From the NCBI RefSeq assembly GCF_000025945.1, contig NC_006139.1, positions 60,001-92,000 on the forward strand: 32,000 nt of DNA, given 5' to 3'. Below the pieces are notes generated by a model. The model was given only the letters and a program-made list of their open reading frames with translations. It ran no database searches and was not told the DNA's origin. This document shows positions 9,001 to 14,851 of this stretch, piece after piece. Source of the DNA: Desulfotalea psychrophila LSv54. Its GTDB lineage: Bacteria; Desulfobacterota; Desulfobulbia; Desulfobulbales; Desulfocapsaceae. The first letter of the stretch is position 1; every line of letters starts with the position of its first letter. The position numbers and the translations under genes are program-made.

Positions 9001-11997
9001 GCCACCAAGAATAATGTTTTCCGTTGCATTAATATCAATTCCAACACCGCCTACCGCTGTTGTAGTAATCCCTTTTACAACATACGTATGGCCTGAACTG
9101 GTTACTTCGAGTTTGCCTAGTTTGTTGGTGCTGCCAACGAGACCCTGTAGGCTAACGTCACCAAGACCTGCGGCCAAAGTCAGAGTTTTTGCCGTACTGT
9201 CAAAGGAATCAATCGTGGACTCAAAGGTAATATTACCCGCAGTTTTTCCTGTGGTCACCAGCCGATCCTCTGTCAGGACGGTAGGACTAGCCACGACAAT
9301 AAAGCCCCCGAGTCCCTGGGTACTGTCGCCAACGTAGCTACCACCAATTGCAGAGAGATTCCCGTTAAGTGTAATTGCTTTATCTGTACCAGCGGTCAAA
9401 GAGATATTGCCAGCATTACCACCATTTCTATGACCAGCTCCAGTGGCATTGCCACCTGTTGCAGTTACGTCGGTCACAGTCACATGGCCACCAGTACTGG
9501 TGACTGATATAGCGGCGGCATTACTACCGACGCCAATTGCATTATTAGCACCGATTGTCGACACAGATTTCAAAATCACATCATCGGTCGCAATAATTGT
9601 TACCGATCCGGACGAAACACCTGTGTCCGCCGTTGCAGTAGTAGTAATAGTGCCATTATCGTCATCAGCGTTGACACCCCCAGACGTTGCGGTAAGGAGA
9701 ACATTCCCCGCGTTTGTGACAATGGAGTCGTTAAAAACAATTGAACCGGCAGTGATATCTACTACACCTGCCCCCCTACCTGTAACAACATCACTGTCGA
9801 CATCATTATCACCATCACTAAGAATCAGCACACTCGTGCCAGCATTGCCTAGGGTAAAGCTGCCACCGAAATCTGCCGAAGCCAGACTCACCGTGCCAAG
9901 GACATTGGCTATGGAGATGCTGCCAAAACCATCGGCAGAGAGGCTAACTGTCCCGGCAGAGGAGAATCCCCCCGTTAGTAAAATAGAACCGTTAGAGTTA
10001 AGTGCGGTGGAGATATTAACAGTACCTGCCGAGCCAACTGCCTGAGAACCTGTGATATTCCCATGAGCCACAAGAGTTAAACCATTGTTGCCTGCAGAGA
10101 CAGTCCCTAAGGTCAGCTTGCAATTATTTACAAGATGAACTCCATCATTTTCACCCGACGTAGCGGAGACAGTCCCCTTGAAAGTGTTAGCGAGAGACGT
10201 GGCGAGAACACTACCGTTTCTTGAGGTAAAGGATGTTGCGTCATGAACATACAAGCTATTATTCAATCCAGCAAAAATGTTACCGTCAGCATTGGCAGTG
10301 AGGGAGCCGTTATATAGACTCACCATTCCATTATTTCCGAGGGTGATGGCACCACCAGTAAGGGTTATGTCTGAATCCGCGTTGAGGGTAAGATTTCCGC
10401 TGACAGAGACAATCTTGGCATTAATATTAATATCATTGCTAGCGTTTAGTGTCAGATTGCCGTCGAAAGAGGCTATCTCGGCATTAATAATAATATCATT
10501 GCTAGCGATTAGTGTTAGGTTCTGATCACTAGACCAGCCAATTTTACTGGCAACGGTGATATTCCCATCCTCCAGAGTAGTGCCCCCCCCCGTTTGCACC
10601 GTCACATTACTATCCTTGAGTGCCGTTGTAAGCCTTTCCACGCTTAATACTGATGGAGTACCTGCAGAGGTAAAAAATTTTTCGTCTGTACTGCTGATAC
10701 TATTGTAATTTTCAGATGAACCATTTTTAATTGTTATATTAAAAGGATCAAGTAGCAGTGTACCGGTCTTGCCTTTTTTTGCCCGCAGATCGGTTATACC
10801 TTGATAGGCTAGTATTTTCTTACCTGACACCTCGGCAAAACCACCATCGCCATTTTCAGTGCCACCTTTAGCAGAAATAGTACCTGCAAACTGGGTGGTC
10901 TCATCCGACCAGATGATTACCTTGCCACCATGGCCGTTATAACCAGCATTTGCGGTAATTAGGGTCTTTTTCCCAACAAAGGTTTTTGTGGCATTTTTTA
11001 CAGTACTATTTTTACCCTGATAGTCGCCACCGACGAGGGCCGTGCCGCCACCACTGGCGCCGGAGACATCAATAACCGAGGTACCGGTTAGGGCGACACG
11101 GTCACCAAGTACCTGCACCGTACCACCCACATCACCTTTTTGGGCAGTAAGGGTGCCACTGTTCTCGGTTGTTCCCGTCCCTGAAACCAACCAAATACGA
11201 CCGCCACGTTCTTCACTCCCCGTTGCTCGCACAGCGCCCGTGTTATTGATAGCAAGGGCGAATTCATTACCCCCTACCGCCTTGAGCTCAGCACTGGCTG
11301 ATTCAATCAGCCCACTATTTTTTACCTTGCCGTCGGAGGCACCTGCGTGGATAAAAATGCGTTGATCACCCGATGCCCGGACAAGAATTTCACTCCCCGC
11401 CGCCAGGCCCACAGTGCCCTCTTTGGCCGTTATCGTTCCTGCATTCTGTACGTCATAGGCGATAAGCAGTACATCACCTGCAATGGCATTAATTTTTCCT
11501 AGGTTGATGACACTTGCGCCTGATTCGCCAAGAAATGTCATATCATCACCGGCTAGAAAGGCCTCATTGGCCACATCAAGGGTGGAGGCGACAAAACCTT
11601 TGGTATCAATAACGCCGGAGGGGCCAATGAGAATACCGTTCTGGTTAACCAGATAGACCTTGCCATTGGCAGTTAGGTTACCGTAAATTTGGGAGGGGTT
11701 GCGGGAGATAACCCTATTCAGGACGGCACTGGTGGCTGATGGTTGGATGAAGTTCGTTGTTTCACCGGCGCCAATCGAAAAGTCCTGCCAATTAATAATG
11801 GCTGAATTACTTCCCTGATTGACATTGAGTTTATTATGGGACCGATTGAAGGAGGCCGAACCACTAATTACCTGCCCACCCGTGGGATTTGCAAGCATGG
11901 TCACTGGAAACATCATCATAAGCGCAAGACAAAGTGCAATGGATTTTTCACATAAAACTAAGGCATTTCGCCCAAAACATAATCGCCAGCTCTTCAT
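1..11997 (-). CDS. Giant two-partner-secretion exoprotein (TpsA / filamentous-haemagglutinin family adhesin). It is partial: the 3' end runs off the left window edge, with at least 3999 codons in the window.
   Basis: The reverse complement of 11995-11997 is ATG, preceded by GGGAGTGAGG (SD-like) ending 6 nt upstream. Translation starts MKSWRLCFGRNALVLCEKSIALCLALMMMFPVTMLANPTGGQVISGSASFNRSHNKLNVNQGSNSAIINWQDFSIGAGETTNFIQPSATSAVLNRVISRNPSQIYGNLTANGKVYLVNQNGILIGPSGVIDTKGFVASTLDV. I hand-checked the frame (plus-strand triplets starting at positions 1 mod 3) for tta/cta/tca in the AT-richest blocks (5161-5520, 8581-8880, 10381-10860) and at 1-60 (..FTNNDANGTVLDDTLIGGNF) and found no stops. The three minus-strand ORFs the track lists in this span are in another frame. 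The plus-strand 'proteins' are A/V/P/S/T-rich mirror images, as expected for the antisense of a G/T/N/D-rich beta-helix. The ORF is absent from the track only because it has no stop inside the window. Confidence 0.9.
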   Translation of the reverse strand, partial: MKSWRLCFGRNALVLCEKSIALCLALMMMFPVTMLANPTGGQVISGSASFNRSHNKLNVNQGSNSAIINWQDFSIGAGETTNFIQPSATSAVLNRVISRNPSQIYGNLTANGKVYLVNQNGILIGPSGVIDTKGFVASTLDVANEAFLAGDDMTFLGESGASVINLGKINAIAGDVLLIAYDVQNAGTITAKEGTVGLAAGSEILVRASGDQRIFIHAGASDGKVKNSGLIESASAELKAVGGNEFALAINNTGAVRATGSEERGGRIWLVSGTGTTENSGTLTAQKGDVGGTVQVLGDRVALTGTSVIDVSGASGGGTALVGGDYQGKNSTVKNATKTFVGKKTLITANAGYNGHGGKVIIWSDETTQFAGTISAKGGTENGDGGFAEVSGKKILAYQGITDLRAKKGKTGTLLLDPFNITIKNGSSENYNSISSTDEKFFTSAGTPSVLSVERLTTALKDSNVTVQTGGGTTLEDGNITVASKIGWSSDQNLTLIASNDIIINAEIASFDGNLTLNASNDININAKIVSVSGNLTLNADSDITLTGGAITLGNNGMVSLYNGSLTANADGNIFAGLNNSLYVHDATSFTSRNGSVLATSLANTFKGTVSATSGENDGVHLVNNCKLTLGTVSAGNNGLTLVAHGNITGSQAVGSAGTVNISTALNSNGSILLTGGFSSAGTVSLSADGFGSISIANVLGTVSLASADFGGSFTLGNAGTSVLILSDGDNDVDSDVVTGRGAGVVDITAGSIVFNDSIVTNAGNVLLTATSGGVNADDDNGTITTTATADTGVSSGSVTIIATDDVILKSVSTIGANNAIGVGSNAAAISVTSTGGHVTVTDVTATGGNATGAGHRNGGNAGNISLTAGTDKAITLNGNLSAIGGSYVGDSTQGLGGFIVVASPTVLTEDRLVTTGKTAGNITFESTIDSFDSTAKTLTLAAGLGDVSLQGLVGSTNKLGKLEVTSSGHTYVVKGITTTAVGGVGIDINATENIILGGNDSEVVLDTSAANGSVDLDASSSVVLDDSVKITHGLGNVTMGYQVRSAVGESGAHHLIIEHGDTAGAGGVFGDIYFEYNLGSSANRIGAVRIDGVNNLRLPSYVYASSLTYADDVGTRVLGEGAITYNTNYTNSTINVDGAAGVDIYTKGAVVTPHGAITSTVFGADVTLQSTTNTVTQNGAITTNAGAVTIDGQSGVLLVADDSDITTAGGAITLTSSAGVVTISGNGADLTSTGGDIAIAGIGVSQTDTDNDIDAGSGKICIDGGGGIIDLDGTLISTATDAEEPPAVLIHDASVVNISRVTAINGTLRIGEMVGAVGSEIADVTGSVIQQDLSLITDKINIKTLEVNAASNLSITDTNNIIDNLGDFNLGGSLTVQAKGRTNGLQLTGDVEATAVTIRTGLNTGGTDGILSLVTTNITATSGDVLLQGRGVTQLVGSTITAADQILILGSDYSDGTVQAVTLGGDLIAGSTATDAVVIDDTGNLIIANITAGTVGNRGGLRLGTNIDRDTTGEGAASGVNLGYTRIYGTVNQTADSEIKVGRLSIHQESGAVTLTNTGNEIKELGTISRGGAINILDADTEKNGLTLMGHMDGGTLDSAVTITTPGLLNLGGYLIYGSAVDLNGGSDLADTENALTSSGGGVYAERNTGNLTIDAGGSRIALSGALYALTDDKVIIENASDVSLGRVSRTEFPSGQIGELVLGTSGNVITGNVTQATGNIAADTISGVVNGSALLAQTNYVDNVSDFSAIDGFTLSNNAFALTVIGDLLSTNGDILLRTTGTNDDITVNSSASIAANTLGTGAVSLVANGLASINVFDSVTAGSGGVSIVTAENINVSGGSSIETTGGVELRAINAADNGYHRGIVLGGNISAGDDGVAIHSGYTINQSGGVITTSGALYGINSSGTTTIGAGSPSARGYVKLDTDNEIAELGPFYLEDAVSVSPYFKLNDVSGGLTLTGAITNPYGDIEIATAGGRLVLATHAVTAGSSINGGANISLKGRGIKQTSGSISVNGNDGQGGTILLQGHDGAFAGAINLAGTLQTYNTSANAITIRGTTNLTLPEIDVAGGILTLGGSDVTHQITGVVTQNAGTSIDTDILVVTAESSVVLTNVGNKVGSLGAVSVGDVGGKQYDFDLYDSIGGLTLTGNVTSAGGLQIVTAKVEGGEVERLELSDKQVRSLGDLYLSGEEIHQAATGEVNSAYQSISSDDAGTITLAGGDAAITLEGKLYTNNARATAVQLLNATDVTLHEVGVSSGTLVLGTAGANDITGIVSQDDGGVISAKTLVGDVGILALDETLNLDELGALITTGDLTLLDQGGTLAAAGLTCVGDVAAGGTTRIETSDGVLDFATFDLDANGHGLTLVGVGITQDFTVDTGVSDSAIKASTASIDAGTGSILLGSSSNDFTGQVGLTAAGAQVTIRDTDDLTLNANGTSLDDTLGDDTSILAIAGSQLILTGDAITTDEGSIDFRSLGGNLSTPGALTTGSGNVDLYSSAILTLSNSIASTSGDITIDGATVAHVSGGGYSLQTGNAGTITVDARTGNYTQGLDFDYSTVAGDITINALNGAANVANIQSTSGDLYVTTGGDITQQGGTAVQVATLTAKAMADGSITLAGTANAVDTISLRSRNLADDATGSGTIGYIDVDGVVIDQIETSGNATLTAGDAVSTGARGTIAANLLTVKTLKDAGGDITLTETNDVNSIDFQTRNAADSDNAAGEIRFTDRDGFSVTNVKTTDIAVFDADGAVTQTGAIIAAGLGLSGSGGYTLNNEALGTPINQVSTIASNATGDVNFSTALALTIGTVNQVGVSTGGANFALLAPSIDSSSIPIDTQSAVAGENGGSLTLVTYGMGTDGNLTVSDIITSGQDATVANTDGGVAGNVTLTAAGDVLSIGGALIARGGALDGTGADGADALVRLTAATGAVSQTDGDNEIKTGRVIVNAANTSELLDLTNTIDEISATLTGADADFTFKNAGDFTVGINDGGVIGLSTNSGNIALSGSGDVTLATDATVATTGGDFSTVGRAFTSNSGATITTSGGNVDLTGHTGAVLLGADVTTAGGDITATEITSFDSMAVTLSTTGGSDESGGNINITSTGAVSIGMLVADGGSDSNGSGESAGSITLAADAKLTTAEINAIGSDHNSDSTIGGQGGVITLTGTGGIDLGGNIDASGGGSGATQAAGGSVILNSPTLLLADRSIDTGAGAGDITFNGSVDSEATETNNLTLTAGTGNIVLSGAVGSTQELGVIQVVSATDVTTTSTLDAASLIQTAGSGTTTVNGVMTLSGNLDFTGQNLAVNAGVATDASTQVHNTGTFSSALGGDIVANGGFSQDGTGVNELSGDITTVNNDIIFVTAITLNDAVAMDSDSGAGNITFSRTVDSAVGETDDLTISSGSGDVSFLDTLGALEQLGAIVVNCGALTRFDKAVTATSVYTDAPGAVHVNGGSVTTTGTQIYLEQLVLGADTTLTATTVITGDTLTGNNHSLDINGNVVLGNSTDDQVTGLSTLAVTGTTEIHTDTVTSANAQTYTGAVILGNSTTLTATDNAVTFNSTVNSQASETNALAVNSGSGAATFSGAIGDLVDGVLGALGVNSSNETTFTGAVKAASLTTNAGGSTTINGGSIETTGAQNYNDAVVLRADTVLTSGGTVNFAASVNSDVGQNRDLTIDAAGQSVNFVAAVGRADTLNALTIVDADNVTFSNTIDAASLTQQAGSGTTTLNGIATLSGNLDFTGAAFNVNARLNSGGTVEATNAGVFTTAAASDIDAAGGFTQNGAGPNNLAGAITTVGTNINFTSAVELTGDVSMSTGTTAGSIGFASTVDSDADLTLRSLRLTSANAAGQNFVAAVGANHALNILRIESTGVTQGGSAPINAAQLAIKSTDDATLANTGNDIDTLAALLSGDAALVFVDSDGVEIGTIDSGELQIVGITDGVGTSNVTLTVGGLLSQSVGSVVAIDGDMTIDASSFDAGNVQFTNNDANGTVLDDTLIGGNF
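10354..10542 (-). repeat. About three tandem copies of a 63-bp (21-codon) unit inside tpsA (beta-helix coil repeat).
   Basis: ggcattaatattaatatcattgctagcgtttagtgtcagattgccgtcgaaagaggctatctc (10417-10479) is followed by the near-identical ggcattaataataatatcattgctagcgattagtgttaggtt... (from 10480). The preceding 63 bp are a more diverged copy. Confidence 0.6.
10583..10591. repeat. C9 homopolymer (G9 on the coding strand) inside tpsA, at about codon 470.
   Basis: Read directly: ..agtagtgCCCCCCCCCgtttgcacc.. It encodes ..QTGGGTT.. on the minus strand, just downstream of the TPS domain. Confidence 0.9.
11100..11997 (-). other. Signal peptide (about residues 1-36) plus TPS secretion domain (haemagglutination-activity domain) of the TpsA protein. 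The lower boundary is approximate.
   Basis: A hydrophobic N-terminal stretch ends ..VTMLA|NPTGG. It is followed by TPS hallmark blocks: NPTGGQVISGSASF, INWQDFSIGAGETTNF, SAVLNRV, NPSQIYGNL, NGKVYLVNQNGILIG (the NPNL/NPNGI-type motifs of FHA/ShlA/HMW1-type TpsA proteins). Confidence 0.8.
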
Positions 11998-12793
11998 GTG
12001 CAACCTCACTCCCAGCAAAGATGATGTTGAATCCTTATAGAACACAATGATTTTATAGTATCTCAGCAAAGGTTAAATTTGCCCAAGCAGTTAAGCCATT
12101 AAGCGCCCAATGCATCGTAAAAAAAACCATTGCCCCACAGATAAAAGCTCTTTTCAGGATACGGAAAGAAAAAGAAGAAGTCAAAAAATGACAATGAGGG
12201 TTTCCTGCCAACAATTAAGACGAAGAGATTGAAAATCTGCCTTTTACCTAGCGATATTTTAAGTGATTTTGCCTATTTGTTTTATGAAATCATGCCAAAA
12301 CAATTCCATAGGAAGAACTTTGAGATCAACAAAACCCAAAAAAATTCTGTAGATATTCTTTGTTGAATATAAAACAATTATGCACTTTTTGTCATGAAAG
12401 TCCTAATGCTTTGAGATAAGTTGAGTCTAGGATCAAAAAAAAGGGCAAGAAAGTGGGATGAAAAGAGAGGAATTTGATTCAGAAAAACAGAGAGTTGGAG
12501 AGGCCAACCATCTTCAGGAGTTATGGGGTGATGGCTAAAGAGGATCTCGCCAATATAGGATTGATGGTGTCGCGGTCAGCTCTAAGATCAAGCGCTTTGG
12601 CTATTCTCGAGGAACAGGCTGGTAGGAATGCAGTGTTCACCTTATCTCGCTGGGCAGGGCTATGACTAAAAATAGTCTCATTATCTCAGGGCTTCCTTTT
12701 TAGTTTCGACCTAGCCATTAATTATGGAGGAAGAGGGGGCTAAAGGCAAGGGGTTGGGGGCCCTATGTGGCAGGATAGTTTTCGCCCTGGTAC

Positions 12794-13684
12794 TTACCTC
12801 TCCATCTCTGAACCAAAATATCGTTTCATTCGATAGACAAACTGGTTCCAGGTTCTCGCATTTTGATATTTTTCCTTTGTTTCGTACTTTTCAGCTCTTT
12901 TTTCAAATTCACCGAACTTTTTTTCCAAAAAAGCTTTTAAAAATTCACGCCCTAAGCTGCTGGCCTTGATGTGGTTTTGCTTTACCGATCCGATAGCAGA
13001 AATAACACAACCGTTGCCCCTTAACCTTACGGTTAAACCATAAATCGAGAACCCTTCCTGCAACTCCTGCCACGTTGTGGCCCTCTCTAAAATATCCCTT
13101 AAAGGCTCTTTACAATCTAACACATAGTTAAGCAAGGACTGCTTCCCTGCATGAGCATCTACATTCTGAGCCTTACTGTTGACCGCCTGTTCTCCCGCCT
13201 TCTCTTTTATCGACCCCACTATTTTCAAATTGTTTTCAATCTCTAGCTCTCTGCAAAGTTGAGTACATTTGATTTTATCCCAACCAGGGCTATTCTTTTT
13301 TTTCGTTAAAGGATCAATCATATTATAGGCAATATGCATATTGCTGGTATTATCATGAATTCCGCAGTGTCGCTGGTGTTCATCAAAGCCAAGTATTTCA
13401 GCAAAATTTTGCTCAATTTTTTTACAAATTTCTACATCTAGTTTCTGTCTATCTTCTGGAGGGAATGAGATAATTAGGTGGTAGGTGTTCCCCTGAACGC
13501 GACGGTTAAAACTCTGTGTGACAACCACCTCATCAATCACTAAATTATAATCATCTTCGATTGCTCCCCCGACAGTCCATGTTGCCAGACACTTTTCGCC
13601 ATCGTTGTTGGCATCAGCGATGTAGTTTGCCAGCTTGCGATAAGACCCCTTTGCGCCTTTAGCCTGCTCAATCTTACATATCAT
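12794..13684 (-). CDS. Conjugative/mobilisation relaxase, MobA/VirD2 (RP4 TraI-like, MOBP-type) N-terminal relaxase domain, 296 aa.
   Basis: The N-terminus MICKIEQAKGAKGSYRKLANYIADANNDGEK resembles the RP4 TraI N-terminus, with the catalytic Tyr in a ..YI.D.. context. It also carries HLIISFPPED and the histidine-triad motif HCGIHDNTSNMHIAYN (HxDxxxxxHxH). Confidence 0.8.
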   Translation of the reverse strand: MICKIEQAKGAKGSYRKLANYIADANNDGEKCLATWTVGGAIEDDYNLVIDEVVVTQSFNRRVQGNTYHLIISFPPEDRQKLDVEICKKIEQNFAEILGFDEHQRHCGIHDNTSNMHIAYNMIDPLTKKKNSPGWDKIKCTQLCRELEIENNLKIVGSIKEKAGEQAVNSKAQNVDAHAGKQSLLNYVLDCKEPLRDILERATTWQELQEGFSIYGLTVRLRGNGCVISAIGSVKQNHIKASSLGREFLKAFLEKKFGEFEKRAEKYETKEKYQNARTWNQFVYRMKRYFGSEMER

Positions 13685-13702
13685 CTCAAGCTATCTTTCA
13701 TC

Positions 13703-14035
13703 TTATTTATAATAGGGATTAATTTTTTTTTGTGTTGATTCAATCTCTTTCAGAACCCTCCTTAACTCTATCGGATCAAAGTTAGTTGGGCTGTTGCCGC
13801 TCAAATAAAATTTAAACAGCCCTCCAAGCCTCCCCAGATCCCCATTGACCTTCAAAAGATCAAGAAAAGATGGTCTTCCCTCCATGGATTCAATTTTTTT
13901 ACCTAATAAAGCCCTGCGAATAAACTCAGACTGCGTCAACCCCGTATAATAAACTTTCTTGATAATCAACTCATATTCCTGAAGGGTAACATGTGCCTTT
14001 AGAGTACGATTTCTAACCACTTTCTTTCCAACCAT
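13703..14035 (-). CDS. MobC-like relaxosome accessory protein (ribbon-helix-helix type), 110 aa.
   Basis: It lies immediately upstream of, and co-oriented with, the relaxase (18-nt gap). The pattern ..AHVTLQEYELI...GLTQSEFIRRALLG.. followed by ..DLGRLGGLFK.. is typical of MobC-family mobilisation proteins. Confidence 0.65.
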   Translation of the reverse strand: MVGKKVVRNRTLKAHVTLQEYELIIKKVYYTGLTQSEFIRRALLGKKIESMEGRPSFLDLLKVNGDLGRLGGLFKFYLSGNSPTNFDPIELRRVLKEIESTQKKINPYYK

Positions 14036-14086
14036 TTTAATTCCTCAATGGAGTGTAATTTACGTTGAGTCGAAGGCGAATAAGCC

Positions 14087-14107
14087 CCTCTCAGGATGAG
14101 CAAGAGG
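14087..14107 (-). promoter_or_regulatory. Candidate oriT nic region: an ATCCTG hexamer within a short inverted repeat upstream of mobC.
   Basis: The minus strand reads CCTCTTGCTCATCCTGAGAGG (5-bp arms CCTCT/AGAGG). ATCCTG is the conserved nick-region core of RP4/MOBP-type oriTs as I recall it. The site is about 50-70 bp upstream of the mobC start, where oriT is expected. Confidence 0.3.
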
Positions 14108-14149
14108 AAAGACCGGCAGACAAAGTGGGCCACTTTCCACATCTTGCCA

Positions 14150-14300
14150 GTTACCATCCACCGCCTTTGCTTGCCGAATGCTTGCTATTATGTTTGTTTT
14201 CTTGTTTGCTTTTATGTTTGTTATTTTGTTTTTTTATATGTTTATTTTTATGTTTTCTTATTTGTTTGCTTTTTCTTCGTGAAAACGAGGTTACTTTTGT
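14150..14300 (+). repeat. Strand-asymmetric T/G-rich low-complexity block made of degenerate TGTTT(G/T)(C/T)TTT-type units.
   Basis: ttgcttgccgaatgcttgctattatgtttgttttcttgtttgcttttatgtttgttattttgtttttttatatgtttatttttatgttttcttatttgtttgctttttcttcgtg. The block has few A's and shares the CTTGTTTTGTTT-like core with the iteron-like units at 14389-14460. Confidence 0.7.
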
Positions 14301-14386
14301 AGCTGAACCACCACTCAAAATAGTCCTCCACAAGACCTTTTTCCTATGAAAAGAAAGTTTAGCCATATGGCCATACCTTCTTGCCT

Positions 14387-14574
14387 GAAAACTACTTTCT
14401 TGTTTTGTTTACAAACTTATTTTTTGTTTTAATCACAAACTACTTTTTTGTTTTATTACAGGTTTCTTTTTATGTGACAAATCTTCTGCCTAAAGCATCA
14501 AAAACAATGGGTTATCTTATAAAAAATCGCGTTCTTCAGAGGGAAAATCGTAAGCCTTTTACAAGAGGCTGAGG
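14387..14574 (+). repeat. Direct repeat copy A (about 188 bp), left flank of the HTH-ATPase-DUF4276 operon.
   Basis: tgaaaactactttcttgttttgtttacaaacttattttttgttttaatcacaaactact...ttatgtgacaaatcttctgcc + taa(a)gc(c)atcaaaaa(c/t)aatgggttatcttata...cagagggaaaatcgtaagc...ctgagg matches 17199-17419. There are only a few substitutions in the first 104 bp. Confidence 0.9.
14389..14460 (+). repeat. Three tandem 24-bp iteron-like units (cluster A).
   Basis: AAACTACTTTCTTGTTTTGTTTAC / AAACTTATTTTTTGTTTTAATCAC / AAACTACTTTTTTGTTTTATTACA. The units are contiguous with no spacers. Confidence 0.75.
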
Positions 14575-14787
14575 CAAGAAAAATTTATAAATATCTGCAG
14601 GCAGGAGCATGAATGACGACACTTTTTTATGGTGCACCCGGCAATAGGTAAAATTATGCGCCTGCCTGAATAGTTGGGGCCTACCAATAAAAAATCCTTC
14701 CGCCCTTACTACCCAGGGCGAGTGCTCTAGGCATTGTTTGTCGACGTATTTAAGGCAGAAGGGGTCATAATGCCTTTGTGACATATT

Positions 14788-14830
14788 TTGCAAATATTGC
14801 GGAAACGACATAAAGTATTACTATGTCGTT
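14788..14830 (+). promoter_or_regulatory. Putative sigma70-type promoter (TTGCAA-17 nt-TAAAGT) overlapped by a perfect 9-bp inverted repeat, which is a likely XRE operator.
   Basis: TTGCAA is at 14788-14793 and TAAAGT at 14811-14816. AACGACATA (14804-14812) and TATGTCGTT (14822-14830) are perfect reverse complements with a 9-nt spacer, 7-22 nt upstream of the HTH gene start candidates. Confidence 0.45.
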
Positions 14831-14851
14831 AAAGACATGGGGGGAGTAAAA

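Noticed and set aside
61-11365. About 35 plus-strand ORFs (up to 206 aa) and three minus-strand ORFs listed by the track across the first 11.4 kb.
   Set aside because: All overlap the single long minus-strand tpsA frame. Their translations are monotonous A/V/P/S/T/L-rich strings with non-ATG starts and no recognisable motifs, which is the expected antisense or off-frame shadow of a G/T/N/D/A-rich repeat protein.
12474-12969. Small plus-strand ORFs 12474-12665 and 12724-12969 in the AT-rich gap between tpsA and the relaxase.
   Set aside because: The second ORF overlaps the relaxase 3' end on the opposite strand. The first (possible core MAKEDLANIGLMVSRSALRSSALAILEEQAGRNAVFTLSRWAGL) has a weak SD but no recognisable family. 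I also scanned this gap for tRNA-like or att-like sequence and found none. The evidence is insufficient to annotate anything here.
14389-14460. Whether the 24-bp tandem units (and their second cluster at 17201-17272) could be a mini CRISPR array.
   Set aside because: The units are contiguous with no spacers and there are only three per cluster. They are AT-rich and non-palindromic, and there are no cas genes in the window. Iteron or protein-binding repeats are the better reading.
14065-14572. ORFs 14065-14349, 14096-14302, 14151-14366 (minus) and 14381-14572, plus the parallel ORF 17139-17333.
   Set aside because: They are translations of the T-rich low-complexity block and of the iteron-like repeats (poly-Phe/Leu/Cys or poly-Lys). 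They lie on both strands and in several frames of the same DNA and have no SD sequences. The 14381 and 17139 ORFs exist only because the DNA repeat is duplicated.
14536-14811. Minus-strand 91-aa ORF divergent from the XRE gene.
   Set aside because: I recognise no motif in it and its composition (Cys/His/Phe/Trp-rich) is odd. It overlaps direct-repeat copy A and the promoter/operator region. The interval is more likely non-coding regulatory DNA.
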